Program-made: the position numbers and the translations under genes
Assembly: GCF_964194155.1 (NCBI RefSeq)
Contig: NC_135897.1
Location: forward strand, 16,058,001-16,122,000
Origin: Cetorhinus maximus
Taxonomy: Eukaryota
Reading direction: 5' to 3'
Length of the DNA: 64,000 bases
Shown here: piece by piece, positions 1 to 13,108 of the stretch
Position numbering within the stretch: the stretch's first letter is position 1
Layout of the letters: every line of letters begins with the position of its first letter
The notes under the pieces: model-generated
Database searches by the model: none
Seen by the model: the letters and a program-made list of their open reading frames with translations, nothing else
Told to the model about the DNA's origin: nothing

Positions 1-208
1 CTTCTCTGCAATTTAAGTTGGTAGAATTTGAAATAAATTGAAGCCAAGCTTCTCCTTTGGACTAACTGTCTCTGGCCAAAAGTTAGATATCACACGAGTA
101 AAAAGCTACAGATCTGTCGACTCCTACAAATTGTCACAATCTCTGTAGCGACCAATAACTCTTAAACATGAAATTTGATTTCCCAGTGGACAACATAAAG
201 AAATTGTG

Positions 209-957
209 TGACAGGATTTCAAGTTTTAAGACTTTTACTATAATACAAACTAAAAGCAACATTGACTAAACACTATTGCAGTTGGAAACTTCTACTCTGA
301 ACCACAGAAAAGGTCCTCCATTTAACAACTGAAAATCTCCCTCCATGGTTATACTTCACTTTGCCCCTTTAGTGGAGAGTTCATTCTCCAGGAACATATC
401 CAAAGTGATTATTAGCTCCTTTTTCCTTTGTCAGCTAGGTGACTTCTAATCCCTGAACTGCCTTTCATGGTGCGAGTTACCCTGGAAATCCCTAGCCAAT
501 GTTAGGTGAAGCTTTCAGCTTCATTTGAACCCTCATGACCTTGGTCTCTTTAATCCGAGCGTGAGCTCCTACCCACATTTCGCATGGTGAACCACAGAGA
601 CTTGCTGCTCTGTCTCTCAGCTCTCTCTCTCCCTTGGATTCTTGTAGTCTGACCATAATGACCTCTCCATAAAACTCCAGTATATTTAGACCTTTTCCTC
701 AAGTTCGTAAAGCCCATGAGTCCTGTTTCAGAAACATGAGTGACAAAAATTGCTGATGTTCAGTGATATTTTTAGGAAAGCCAGTAAACCGATCCTATAA
801 TGGCCTCCTGGGGACTTTTTCCCCCCCTCAAAGCCCATCTCCATGGTAACGTGAATCACCTGGGCCTTTGTATAGGTAGGAATGCTGGATGCCTAACTTC
901 ACTCTGTCTTGAAATTAAGTAGTCAGTTTAAAGTATAATCATTTACAAATCCTGACA
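209..957 (-). mobile_element. Possible solo LTR
   Basis: Inverted termini TGACAGGATTT (209) and AAATCCTGACA (957), TG...CA ends, non-coding. No TSD found. Confidence 0.3.
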
Positions 958-989
958 TCCCTTATACCTTCATGGGACTTTGGAGAATT

Positions 990-2372
990 GGGCCTGAAAT
1001 TTCAAGGAGATGGAAGGGTTACACTCTTTAGCCAAGACGTGCCAGATCTGGAAGTCCCATTCCTGTATCCAGCATCCACCATTTTCTCCAGGAGTGGTGG
1101 GATGTGGGCAGGATGCATTTTGCACATCTTTGGTTCATGGAGGCAGAGGCACATTTTAAAGTGCAGCTGCCTTCACTCAAAGCAATTTTCATCACCCAGG
1201 TTTCTGAAACAGGACTCTCGGGCTTTACGACTTTAAGAAAAAAGTCTAAACCTACCACGGATCTTCGGGAAGGTCATGTACCCTTTTGGAAAAGTTAGGT
1301 ACCCTTTTGGAGAAGTAAGGTACCCCTTTGGGACATTAAGAATAGATATGAATGTGCGTAAAAAGCGGATATTGTCTGTCAAACTGTCAAGTCATTTAAA
1401 TTCCCTGCTCTTTAAATTATAAAAAAAATGCCTGCAGGTGAGAAAAATCAGTACTTACAATTTCATTAGATGTTCATTGACATAACCCTGAGGGTTATCA
1501 TTATAGTATTATTACCGCTTGATTCTTCCACAACCTACCATTATCACAGCAAGTGGTCTTAAAACAGTTCGATTGACAGCTCCAAGTGGTTATAAAGAGA
1601 TTAGCTGTCTTTGATGTGGAGCTATGAATATAAAAGTTTGTTTTTATAAAGGGTTTAAGTGCTTGAAGAGGCTTAAAGATATTGAATGGGCTTTTCTCAA
1701 TGACAATATTTTTTGGATAAAGTGGAGCCTGTGACAGATACTTAGAAATTTATTTCATCACAGCTCCCGAGGTCTGCCCATGGTGGATATTGAGTGAGTT
1801 GACATGGAAAGTGTAAAGACAAAGGGTTGTGGGGTGGGGGGTCAAGTTGGCATGGGTTGACACTAAGTTGGTAAGGGGGCTTTAAATAGCCAAGGGGATG
1901 AGTGGGGTGTCATGGGTAGCATACATGATATGAGGGGCCATGGGGGGTGGGTAGAGGGGCATAGATTGGCATGGAGGGTGTGTGGGACCATGACGGAGTG
2001 GGTGGGGGGCAAAAGGTGGGATGAGTTGGCATGGAAGGAGTGCATGGGGAATGTGTCAGGGGTGATAGGGTGTGAGGGGTGAGGGCTAGAGGACTTTACT
2101 GTTTTTATTATAGCTGAGACAAAGTCCCAGAGCACCAAAGTAGCCCTTTTAAACAGCTCACTTCAGCACTCAGCAATCCGTATGGCTTCCTCCGCAATGT
2201 TTCCTGAGGCGGCAAGGCCTGACTCCAGTTAGCACCCACTTCCCACCACACTACCCCGCCCACCCCATCCTCACTCCTTCCACCCATAGAACAAAAATTC
2301 CGCCATTCGGAGAAGTTTCTCCTGAGTTCGGAAATTTCCCAACTCTGTACTCAGGAGTGAAAATTCAGGCCC
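990..2372. mobile_element. Non-autonomous PIF/Harbinger-like DNA transposon (~1.38 kb)
   Basis: TIRs GGGCCTGAAATTT / AAAATTCAGGCCC match at 12 of 13 positions, in the same terminal style as the other MITEs here. TSD is degraded (att/aac). Confidence 0.6.
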
Positions 2373-3599
2373 AACAGTCGATCCACCATCAGCACAGATG
2401 CTCTTCCTTGTTTACAGGCGTGAGCAATTTGCAGCTTCTTCTCAGGGAAATAACCTGGGCCTCCCCTTAACCTTTAGCACCCAAGCCACCGGTCTTGTTG
2501 TCAGCAGCGTGCTGAACAGGTCACATGACCCTCTTTATCCCTCCATTTTATCTTAAGTGAAAGACACAGTCATGAAACATCATCTTCTAAAACCTCGCAT
2601 TTGTAACAAAGTCAACTGCTCCTATTCTAGCATCTGTCAAATTGTCCTGGCTATGATGGACTACTCACATTGCCCTGAATCTTTGGGTATTTTATATTTT
2701 GCATCCAGATTTTTTAATCTTCCAATTATCCTATTGTTGCAACATCCAGCTGAGCAGGAACAGGAAGAGGAACGTGATGATTCGACACACAGACTACACT
2801 TGGACAGCTGTTAGTGTCAATTCATCTTCAACCTGTGGGAATTGCAATGATTTGTTGTGTCAGCTTTGGCCTTTCCTGCTCTTTCTTCCCTCCCCTTCCC
2901 CCTTCATTGAGATAAAATTCCTCATCTCCTCATGTGGCTTAATTAGGCAGCCCAGCCAAGAGCAAATGGAACTCACTCAACCAAAATAAATGAGTTGGCG
3001 TGACAAGTACCTCTGGGATGTCAAAGTCACAACCTTCTGAATGGGGCGGGGGGGGTGGGGGAGAGTCAAACCCTTCCACTGAGCAACCAAACCATTGGGG
3101 AAGTGTCAATCTCCCCAAGCCTTAGCTGTCTGGTGGGGAAACACAGACGTAGGCACAAATTAAATTAAATATTAATACAATTAAATATTAATGATGGAGC
3201 AGCTTAAACTGAGACCACTCAGACACACAAGGAACAAAGGTTAGTCAGAACCCGTCTGTCGCAAGCCTGATTTTCCTGTTGAATTTACAGAGCAATGTGA
3301 GAGGGACACATGGGCTCCTTAACCTCACATTGCTCCACACCATTTAACTTCACTAATGGAAGGATATGAAATGGAAGGATATACCTACACGTGTGTGCCT
3401 GCGAGTAGGGAAGACATGGGAGCAGGTGGGGGGGTGGGGGGGGGTGGGGGGTTAACAGTTCTTTAGCTAACATAACCCTTATTCACCACCCCCCCCAACC
3501 TTCATTTCTTTGTGACTGCTTTTGTTAATTTTTATTTTTTCAAGCCATAATATCCTTGTGAATAAGGAGGATCATTTGGCTCAGCTTTGCCCTGAATTA

Positions 3600-4010
3600 T
3601 CCTACATCCCCTCTGCTGCTGTTTCGAGTGCTTATCCTAAATGATCCTTTGGCTTACACCTCTAACACTCTGCACATTCCAAGTGTTGATCACTCCCTGT
3701 GTGAACAACCACTTTCTGATATCAGTCCAAAAGTTTCCTTTTACTGGCTTGAACTCCGACAGTTTAATGTATAGCCTCCTTTCCAGCCTGACTGGCCTGT
3801 GGCTCTCCAATAACAATTTGGAACTGTTCATCAGACTCATGTCTGGCTTTGCACTGCCTCCATCTTTCTTGTGTCTCGGTGCCAAGAACTGGGTGGAGGA
3901 CTCAAGGTGCGGTTGGTCAGAGCCCTGTACAATTTGATCGGGATTTATTTTCAACTTTATTTCTGCCTTTCTCCACTCAAGGTGCTGACTTGTGCTGGGA
4001 TGAAGTTCCA
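3600..4010 (-). mobile_element. Old CR1-type LINE 3' fragment
   Basis: ORF remnant ...FWTDIRKWLFTQGVINTWN resembles the CR1 ORF2 C-terminal motif FFTQRVVNxWNxLP. Confidence 0.65.
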
Positions 4011-6022
4011 CAGACTTCAGGCACCCACTAGTACCTCACTCTACTGCTCTTCACAAGTTTTGGTAAGGAGGAGCCGCATCTAAGGCAGCTCTTCCTTCAC
4101 TCAATGCTCACTCCATTTACACTGTCCAACAGCAGTCACATGTCAGCCATGGTTCAGTGAGTAGCGCTCCAACCCGAGTCAGAAGATTGCAGGTGCAAGT
4201 TTCACTCCACAAACAAACATGAGGCTAACACTCCCAACACACTACTGAGGCAGTGCTGCATCGTCAGTGATTCTTCTACCTCTCAACAGCCAGCTAGCCT
4301 TTCAATATGATTGGCTGCAGCTGCAAATGCATTTTCTTTTTATTCATTCATGAGATGTGGACCCAAAGTCTTGGATTTCACAGGGTTAGTCTCTGAGGTG
4401 CCTTGACCTACCTCCCTGATTTGGCCCTGATTTCATTTCAAGGTAGAGGATAAACTGCAGCCTATCCTCAGTCGATAGGAGTATCTTCCGCTTAGATGGT
4501 TGTAGAATTTCAACTGGCTTCTGGTTTCTTGTTTCCATCTGGATCTGAATAGTATGTCCAAGATTCCATTGGTTTCCTTCCCGGTGACATCAAGGTGTTT
4601 TGGCTCTTTCTGATGTTTCCTTACTCTGACTCAATTCTATAAGATCTCGATTGTGGAGTTCTTTCTAATACTCTGCCTTCTTTCTGTTTATCTCGTATTC
4701 ACACTCTCTCCCTGGGTTGGAGCATTCGCTAGCCTTGCGCTCTGTGCCTGCAGTTGAAATTATGAGCTTTACTGTGTCTTTTTTGCTCCTCACATTTCCT
4801 AACTTTCTCACGAGCATCTGAGATAATATTAGCGAGTTGTGTTTGTTGTAGAGCTGGAAATTGTGTTCGCAGCTGTCTTCCCATCAATAGTTCTAATGTC
4901 GGGAACCTGTTTTCTCGCAGTGAGATTCTGTAGTTAAGAAGGGCTAAGTTAACATCTTCATTCCTTTTCATCAATTCCTTCACTGTTCAAACCCCTCGTT
5001 CTGCTTCTCCATTTGACTGAGGGTGTTGAGGTGAACTAGTCTCATGCTTGAAACCACATTCCTGCACAAAGTTATGGAATAGTTCCTCAGAAAACTGAGG
5101 ACCGTTGTCTGACACCACAACGTCCGGGATGCCACGTGTGACGAAGATTCTTCTTAGTGATGTAATGACTGCCTCCACCATGATGCTGTGCAGTCTACCC
5201 ACCTCAAACCATCTGTAGTAGTGATCAATGACGATGATGAAAACTTTGCCTTTGAACTCAAATTAATCCATTCCAGGCACTGCTATGGCCTCGAAGGAAA
5301 AATGGAGAGTGCCAGTGGTTCATGCTGTTGTTGGCTCTGCACTGCACACGTATGGCAATTTGTGATTAACTCTTCAATGGGCTGACTGATGCTTGGCCAC
5401 TAGACTGACCGCTGGGCTCTTGTTCAGCATTTAGTTATTCCCAAGTGACCTTGTTGGATTTTCTGAAGAATGTCCAGTCTAAGTGTTTTAGGGATAACTA
5501 GTCTGTCATTAAAAACTTGCGAGGTGATTGTGTGATGCTTTGTCTGTTTGAAGTATTGGCAATGTACTGAGCTTTTGGGAGTATAATCCAATCTTCCATC
5601 CTGACAATACTCTTTTATAGTGATGCACCCATCATCCCGCTGTTGTGCTTAATCTATTGTAATTTCTTTTCAGTGGTTGGTAAGTGTTTGGTAATGAGCA
5701 AAGTATATGCTTCCACTTCCTCAATAAAACTTAAATCTTCCAGCTTGATTCCTTCCACTGGTACTCTTGATAATACATCTGCCATTGTCTGGTACTTACC
5801 TTGAATGTACTCAGTAACTGAATCATATCTCATGAGTCTCAGTCTAGAATGTTGAAGTCTAGCCAGCATTTTTGCAATTTCCTTCAGATTAAAAAGAGTA
5901 ACCAGATATTCGTGGTTGGTTTCAATGTTAAATCTTAATCTCATGACATAATCAGAGAACTTCTCACAGGCCTACGTGGCTGCTAATTCTTCTTTCTCAA
6001 TCGTTGCATGCATCTTCTCTAT

Positions 6023-6628
6023 GGGAAGAATTTTCTGGTCAGCGAGCAGGGGCGGGGCCTGCTCACCGATGCGTAAAATGATGCACGGTGACTTTGGGCG
6101 GGCGCCCCGACATCACCGCGCGTCATTTAGGTTTTTTTGATGCTGAACTGTCAAAAGCCTATTATGGCCTGTTAAAAACTAATTAAAACAGTTAAATGAG
6201 CTGCCCGTCCAACCTTAAGGTTGGTGGACAGGTGAAGAGCCCAAGCGGCCTTTGCATTTTTCATGAAACCTCATCCATGGGCGGGATGGGGTTTCATGAA
6301 GTGTTTTAAAATTCAATTAAAATTATTTTAAAAATTCATTGACATGTCCCAGCTCATGTGACACTGTCACATGAGGGGACATGTTTCGAATTTTATTTAA
6401 ATTTTAAAACCTTAAACTGATTTCCCTGAGGCACAGATTTCTGCGCTCTTTCGCTTGCATGCGCGAAAGAGCGCAGGCCCCAACTCAGGGAACCATCCCC
6501 CTGCCCGTACAGCATCATGCTGGATGGGCCTTAATTGGCCCGCCCACGTAAAATGGCGGCGCGCAGCCGATCGAGATTGCTCCTGCCTGCCTTCGCACAA
6601 CCCCCCCGACGGGGGGAGCATTCAGCCC
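6023..6628. mobile_element. PIF/Harbinger-like MITE (~600 bp family), copy 1, inserted in Gypsy RNase H
   Basis: TIR GGGAAGAATTTT...CATTCAGCCC with 3-bp TSD TAT/TAT. Removing it restores the frame SLTDIEKMHATIEKE. Confidence 0.88.
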
Positions 6629-7829
6629 TATGTCTGTGAGGGATGTCTTTGAGGTATAATAAACTGGTCTTCTTTATCCATTTTTTGAATTTGAAACAAC
6701 ACTGCACACAAGTGTGCAGATGATGTATCCACTGCTATGATTGTTGGCAATTCTGGATCATAGCGCACCAGCATTTCTGGTGAAATTCAGAGATTTTTGA
6801 TCTTGTCAAAGGTATTTTGCAGGTCCACATTCCAGTGCCACTGTTGGCCTTGTCTCAACAGCTGTCATAACGGATCGTTGATTTTCACCAAGCTGGTAGG
6901 AACTTGCCTGCTTGATTGACCATCCCAAGGAGTCTGTGTAATTCTGTGATTTTTTTAGGCTGTGGGAACTCTCTAATCAACTTGGTTTTCTGCCAGTAGG
7001 CCTTAATTCCCAAAACTTGCGCAATATAGTCTAAGAATTTTATCATAGGCTTGGCAAATTCACATTTGTCATTTAATGTCAAACCTGCTTGTTGGACGTT
7101 GAGGACTGTTCTCCTTCGACAGTCATGTTCTTCCTTTGATGAACCGTGTACCAGAATGTCGTCCATATGGCATGTTGCAACTTCTATGCCTTCCAGGGTC
7201 TGAGGCAACGTTCTTTGGAATATCTCAGGTGTAAAAGCAATTCTGAATGATAACCGGTTAAAGCAATAATGACCAAATGGGGTAATAAAAGTTATTAACA
7301 ATCTGGATTCTTTGTCCAGAGGCAACTGCAAAAAGCTGATGTTAGCATCCAATTTTGTGAAGAGGGAGCTTTTTGCCAATTTGGCAAGACTTTCATCCAC
7401 TGATACCATCAGGTGGATCTCATGCTCTGCTGATTTGTTTAACTGGGTCAAGTCCACACAGACTTTAATTGAACCATTAGGATTTGGTACTGTGACCATT
7501 CCAGAATACCACTTCATTGGTATGGTTATTGTGGAGATGACCCCTTTGAGGGACCTTCCTCATTGTGAAGAGATATATAGGCTTAGCATCTGCCCTTAGG
7601 GTTATGTGATATTCTGTCTTCAGCTTTCCTAAGCTTAAAAATAGGGATGGAAATTCATCCCTGAATTCCTCACTAGAATACTCATCAGCAATTTCCTCAA
7701 TCTTGGAAATCAGACTCAACTGGAAGCATGCTTCTCTGCTCAATAATGATGAATCCTGGTTCTGTATAACGTACAAGGTTTCAATAATTTCTTTACCCTT
7801 GTATCTCAATCTTACTAAGTATTACATGT

Positions 7830-8360
7830 GAACATACGAATTTGGAGCAAGAGTAGGCCACTCAGCCCCTTGAGTCTGCTCCGCCATTCAATAAGATCAT
7901 GGCTGATCGGAATGTAACCTCAACCCCACATTCCTGCCTACTCCCGATAACCTTTCACCCCCTTGTTAATCAAGAATCTATCTTGCTCTGCCTTAAATAT
8001 ATTCAAAGACTCTGCTTCCACCACCTCTTGAGAAAGAGAGTTCCAAAGACTCACAACCCTCTGAGAGAAAAAATTTCTCCTCATCTCTGTCTTAAATGAG
8101 TGACTGTGACCCCTAGTTCCAGAAACATCCTCTCCACATCCACCTTGTCAAGTTCCCTCAGGATCTTCTAGGTTTCAATTAAGTCGCTTCTTACTCTTTT
8201 AAATTCCAGCAGATACAAGACTAACCTGTCCAGCCTTTCCTCATAAGACACCCCACCCATTCTTGGTATTAGTCTAGTAAACCTCCTCTGAATTGCTTCT
8301 AACACCTTTACATTTTTTTTTAAATAAGGAGACCAGTATTGTACACAATACTCCAGATGT
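7830..8360 (-). mobile_element. CR1 LINE 3' fragment inserted in Gypsy pol
   Basis: CR1 3' UTR (GAGTAGGCCACTCAGCCCCTTGAG...) and ORF2 end, similar to 37729-38300. Confidence 0.85.
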
Positions 8361-8569
8361 TTATTGGCCTATTACTTTTAGTGTTATCCCTCCCGGACCT
8401 TGCAACTAGATGGAGGATGGCTGTAATGTGATGTTGTTAAGCCATTTTACTTCATCAGATAATACTGAAACAATTGCACCAGTATCCAGCTTGAATTCTG
8501 AGGTAACCATCTACGTCAAATTTAATACTTCAATAATCATTTTTGTTTCTTTAGCTCCTCCTAAGCAGG

Positions 8570-9400
8570 TTATTTGACTTTTTTTTCTGGCCCTCCCACT
8601 TCTTGGATTTCAATTGCTATCGTTGTTATCCCTTTTTTCCCCTGAGCTTGAGGAACTTTGGATCTGCAGACTATTTTAAAATGTCCAAACTTCTCACAGT
8701 TGTGGCACTCAGCTTCCCCTACTGGGCATTCTTCCTGCTTGGGTAGGGTTTTCCCGCCACACCGACAGCATCTCAAGATGGTGATTGAAGCACTTTTTCC
8801 TGATTTCACAGGCTTTTGCTTCACTGCGCTTTCTCGTTTTTGTTCAACATATATAATGGCTTCACTCATTTTGTTCTGATGGATATCACTTTTCCCATGA
8901 ACAACCATTGTGCTTTGCTTCCTAAAGTCAACCTGTTGTGCCATTTGTACTGCCTCTGTGAGAGTTAAGTCTTCCCTCATTGCAAAAGATCTGCTATGGT
9001 TTCATCTAAGACTCCAGCCACTGTGCGATCGCGTATTAATTCATCTTTGAGAATCCCATAGTCACAATTCCCCATGAGTCTGTACAGGTCGCTTATAAAC
9101 GAGTCAATGGATTTGCCAGGTTTTTACCCCTTATTAATATTCGCTCGCTCAATGGTGAAATTATTTTCGAACACTGAAGTATGAATCAAATGCCTGGAGG
9201 AGTTCCTCATATGAGCTTGAATCCTCATTGATACCCTGTCTTACAATTAAATCATCTGCTATGGCCCCTACAGTGTAGAGTAAAATGCTGATCTGATCCT
9301 TCTGGTCCTCCTTATGCAAACCTGAAGCTCTTCTGTATCTGGATTACCTCTTCTTCCAATTGTCCTGTGTTGAGCTTGTCGCAAGCCTTCAGCACTTTGG
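8570..9400 (-). pseudogene. Gypsy gag remnant
   Basis: ORF 8570-8980: REDLTLTEAVQMAQ...CCRCG...CP...CHNCEKFGHFKIVCRSK (CCHC knuckle). Upstream fragments read ELIRDRTVAG-like. Confidence 0.8.
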
Positions 9401-9729
9401 AACGATTCTGAGAGTGGCAATATAGATACTATGCTTTCCCTAAGCTCTGGATATGTTGCTGTTTCAGTAGTTTGGCTTGTAGATTGTGATCTGTGCTCAC
9501 TGCTGACTAGACTCTGGGTCTGTGTATATGCTTGCGCCTGCAACACCCATGGTGCATCTTAGGTGAGCTTTCAATCTTTTTTCTTCTTTTGCTTTTTGCA
9601 AGGATTTGTAGGTCAGTCAGGTCTGCCATCTTCTCCTGAAGCTTTTCTGGGTCTTTACACTTCTTCCGCTGTCACCCATGTTTCAGATGGTGTACATGAA
9701 CAGTCGACAGAAACCACCAGCTGTCACCA

Positions 9730-9974
9730 TGTTCCATCTTGAGTTTGGGGTCTAGATGGGGTTTCTTTAGGGTCTGCCTGTTACGCTAAGAATGCTGCCA
9801 TAGACTGCTATTCATATAAACAATTCTTGTTTATTTTCAGGTCTATTTACATCTCAGTACTTTACACGAGGCTGTACTTCTGCTTCCCACCAAATCCCAG
9901 GCTCTTATTCATATCACATTGCATCATAGCTACATCAGTATTAGGTGCTCCAGATGTTAACCCTTTACTCTACA
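9730..9974 (-). repeat. Putative 5' LTR of the Gypsy element
   Basis: Abuts the PBS-like sequence, has TG...CA ends and AATAAA on the minus strand (tttatt near 9830). No second copy is available to confirm it. Confidence 0.45.
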
Positions 9975-11964
9975 CTCCACACCCTCACTGCCTCCCTGAA
10001 AATATATGGGCCCCTATAACTATGGTCCCAGCTATGCTTTCTCCATAGGGATACATTCCTCTCTTAATTTCTTTCTGAATCCTATCTCTGCAAATTATCT
10101 AACTATTACTGATTATCACTTCATTCCATAGACTTGTGATAACACAATATAATAAAGAGCATGGTAATCTCATATCATTAAATTGTTGAGGCATGTTTCA
10201 TGGAGGACCAGGAAACCCAATGTTACTGTCACTGTGAAAATTATTAATGGTTATCAAAATTGTAGCAGCAATGACAAAAATATAGTGGAAAAATGCTCAG
10301 ACTTGAATTTTTAAGTCACATTTTTTTAAGTGTTAAAATGGCAACGTGCTATTTCCTCAAGTCCATTTGTTAAACAATTCTTACATACAATACATTCCAT
10401 GGGTAAAAGCCAATTAACCTTTCAAACCATGATATTAATTAGTATTCAAAAGACACTCACCATGCAGCAGTACAATCACTATTCCAAGAGGTCAACACCT
10501 TTTGGCCTTTGAACTGAGGAAAAATTACCACTGGTAATGATCATTTCCTAAATGACTCTCCATTGTGGCCTGAGGTGTGTCAGTACGAACCGGACACAAA
10601 GACCTTTCCCCAGGGTCGCTCTGCAGGGAGATCAATTGACCATACCGGGAGACTCCCAAACAACCCAGAATAGCTGGCAATCCTATGAAAACTGAACATG
10701 GGTAATAAATGCTGCCCTTGCCAGAGGCACCCATATGAATGAATATATTTTTAAGAATTCATTTGTTCATTTTAAGTGTAAAAGATTGAGGGTATTTAGC
10801 ACTGGCTTGTGAATTGGCTTTTCCATTAGGTTCACCGTTTACTATATTGGCAAAGGGAGGGACTGTCTTGTATCAGGCAGTGATCCAGACAGAACAGATG
10901 GCAAAATATGGACTGATTAGTCAAAACTTCTCAGTCAAATATGCAGCGTAAAAGAGAATCACTGTTCCACACTCACTGAATGTAACTAAGTGGGACATAA
11001 AACCTGGGCACTTTCCTGCATTACTCCCTCTGTCATTAGAGGTTATTCAATGTGCAGCACTTCATATCCAGCTTCTGCTCTTAAGATTGGAAAGACAAAG
11101 AGATTATTAGTGGATAGATGTGATCTCGTCACAATCAGGGCTGTGAGGAGCATTACTCATTAAAGGACCTAATTATTCAACACCCGTGGAGTGAATATTG
11201 ATTTTTTTTTTTGTCCTCCACTTGACTAAAGAGAGCAAGCAAAAAAAAAACCCTTCAATGATGCCTTGTTATTATTCAGTCCCTTCTAAAACACACTGAG
11301 ACATTTCAGCTGGTAGAGTTACGGATGGATAAGAACACAAACATAAGAAATGGGAGCAGGAGGAGACCAGGGCTCTGAAAACAGGAGTTTGAATTTTTCA
11401 GTAATTACAGAGGCCCATTAATCTGATTAAAAAACTTGAGAAAAAGTATAAACACTGACAGCAAGAACCAAGAAAGGCAGTATTGATTCTTCCATGCACA
11501 AGTTCTGAGCTGGGTGTCAATGGGGCAGTTTTTGATATACATTAGCATCAGGCACAGAGAGGGAACTGAGTCAAGTGACAGACGGAAACAGTTTGAGTCA
11601 TTTTCTAGGTTGGTAAGCCAGACTGGCACTGAGAGAAAGAGAAGAAGAGATAGAGAAAGAATAAAAGTAATTCTATATGAAACATGAAATACAAACTAGA
11701 GATATTAAGATGAGAACAGTTGAATGTCAAAAGTAGGCTCTGGGGATTTTTTCAATTATTCTAAACTTAGTAGACCAGCAATTGTCAAGCTTAAGCACAA
11801 ACAGTCTATCATTGAGATTTAATTGGTGTAATTTAAAACAAGGTTCATCTTAGGAACTAAAAGTCTATGTTAGGTATTCTATGTAAGGGTAGCGAATTGA
11901 AAAGGAAATTGGTTGATTTTAACTCTGAGATTATAAAGGGACTGAGTGCAAGTGTCTCATTAGG

Positions 11965-12340
11965 CAGCCATGATTCAGTGGGTAGCACTCTTGCCTCTCT
12001 GTCAGAAAATCATGAGTTCAAGGCCCAATCCAAATACTGTAGGAAGTGCTGTCTCTCAGATGAGAGGTTAAAACCAGGCCCTATCTGCACTCTTAGGTTG
12101 ATGTAAAAGATCCCAAGGTACAATGGAAAACAGAGTCCTCCTTAGCCAATGTTTATTCCTTACCAACATTACTAAAACATATTATCTGGTCATTGTTGCT
12201 GGGAGCTTCAGGTGCATCATTGGCTGACATGTTTCCCTACATTACAACAGTGACTACACTTCAAAAATACTTCATTTGCTGTAAAGCTCGGTCGGAGGAT
12301 CCTAAGGTCATGAAAGGGGCTGCAGAATTACAAGTCTTTA
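11965..12340 (+). mobile_element. tRNA-derived DeuSINE (SacSINE1-like)
   Basis: tRNA-like head (TCAGTGGGTAGCACTCTTGCCTCT), central AAAGATCCC...CATTACAACAGTGACTACACTTCAAAA domain, tail GAAAGG...CAAGTC. Confidence 0.75.
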
Positions 12341-12514
12341 GCCCCTTGTGGGGCTGGCCTTTATAATTCAATGAATCCCATCATGTGAAACTATTGAGTT
12401 TCTCGTGCAGTCAGCAAAATATCCAAACAATTTCATATTTTCCTCGGAGCATTTTCTTTCTTGTGAATGCACAGGGGAATCGGACAAAGTACATGTCAAA
12501 AAACAAAACACATG

Positions 12515-13108
12515 GGGGAGAATTTCCCCCCCGTTGGGGGGCTTGTGTGGGGGCGGGCAGGAGTGGGCACCGATCGGGTCCACGCCACCATTTTAAGTAA
12601 GCAGGCCAATTAAGGCCCGCCCAGCGTGACGTGTGCCTGGAAATACTGAGCGCTCCCTGAGCGGGCGGGGTGGGATTCCCTGAGCCATGGCTCACGCTCT
12701 TTTGCGCATGCACACAAAAGAGCGCAGAAATCTGAGGTGCCTCAGGGAGATTAGTTTAAGTTTCAAAAATTTAAGAAAAAACCTTAAGACATGTTCCCTC
12801 GTGTGACAGTGTCACACGAGCTGGGACATGTCAATGAATATTAATGAAAAAACTTATTTAAATAATAAACCCTTCATGAAACCTCATCCCGCCCGTGGAT
12901 GAGGTTCCATGAAAAATGCGAAGGTTGGACGGGCAGCTCAGTTTATTACTTGAATTGACATTTAAATGGCCTAAATAGGCCTTTGACAGTTCGGCGGGCG
13001 CACAGCCGAGTCGGCTGCGCGCCCAACACGCGCTGACGTCAGGACGCAAACCCAATGTCACCCCACATCATTTCACGCCTCAGCGAGCAGGAGCCGAAAA
13101 TTCTGGCT
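12515..13108. mobile_element. PIF/Harbinger-like MITE (~600 bp family), copy 2, opposite orientation to copy 1
   Basis: Reverse-complement similarity to 6023-6628 along its whole length. TIRs GGGGAGAATTT / AAAATTCTGGCT, flanks atg/ata. Confidence 0.85.

Larger units (their letters stand above)
4379..8500 (-). pseudogene. Gypsy pol remnant (PR-RT-RH-IN), frameshifted and interrupted by two insertions
   Basis: ORF fragments 7477-7809, 6885-7517, 5654-5944, 4987-5202 and 4729-4983 carry consecutive pol motifs, with stops and frameshifts between them. Confidence 0.9.
4379..9974 (-). mobile_element. Decayed Gypsy (Ty3/Gypsy, K02A2.6/Mag-like) LTR retrotransposon, 3' LTR apparently missing
   Basis: Domain order on the minus strand is gag Zn-knuckle (CHNCEKFGHFKIVC), protease (FKLDTGAIVSVL), RT (CVDLTQLN...CHMDDILVHG), RNase H (TIEKEELA), integrase (GIPDVVVSDNGPQF...PQSNGEAERGV), ending KSGRxVKAPQRLTL*. 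PBS-like TGGTGACAGC follows ...AACA at 9729/9730. Confidence 0.93.

Noticed and set aside
1278-1333. Short direct repeats resembling a CRISPR array
   Set aside because: Tandem units without unique spacers, in vertebrate DNA with no cas genes.
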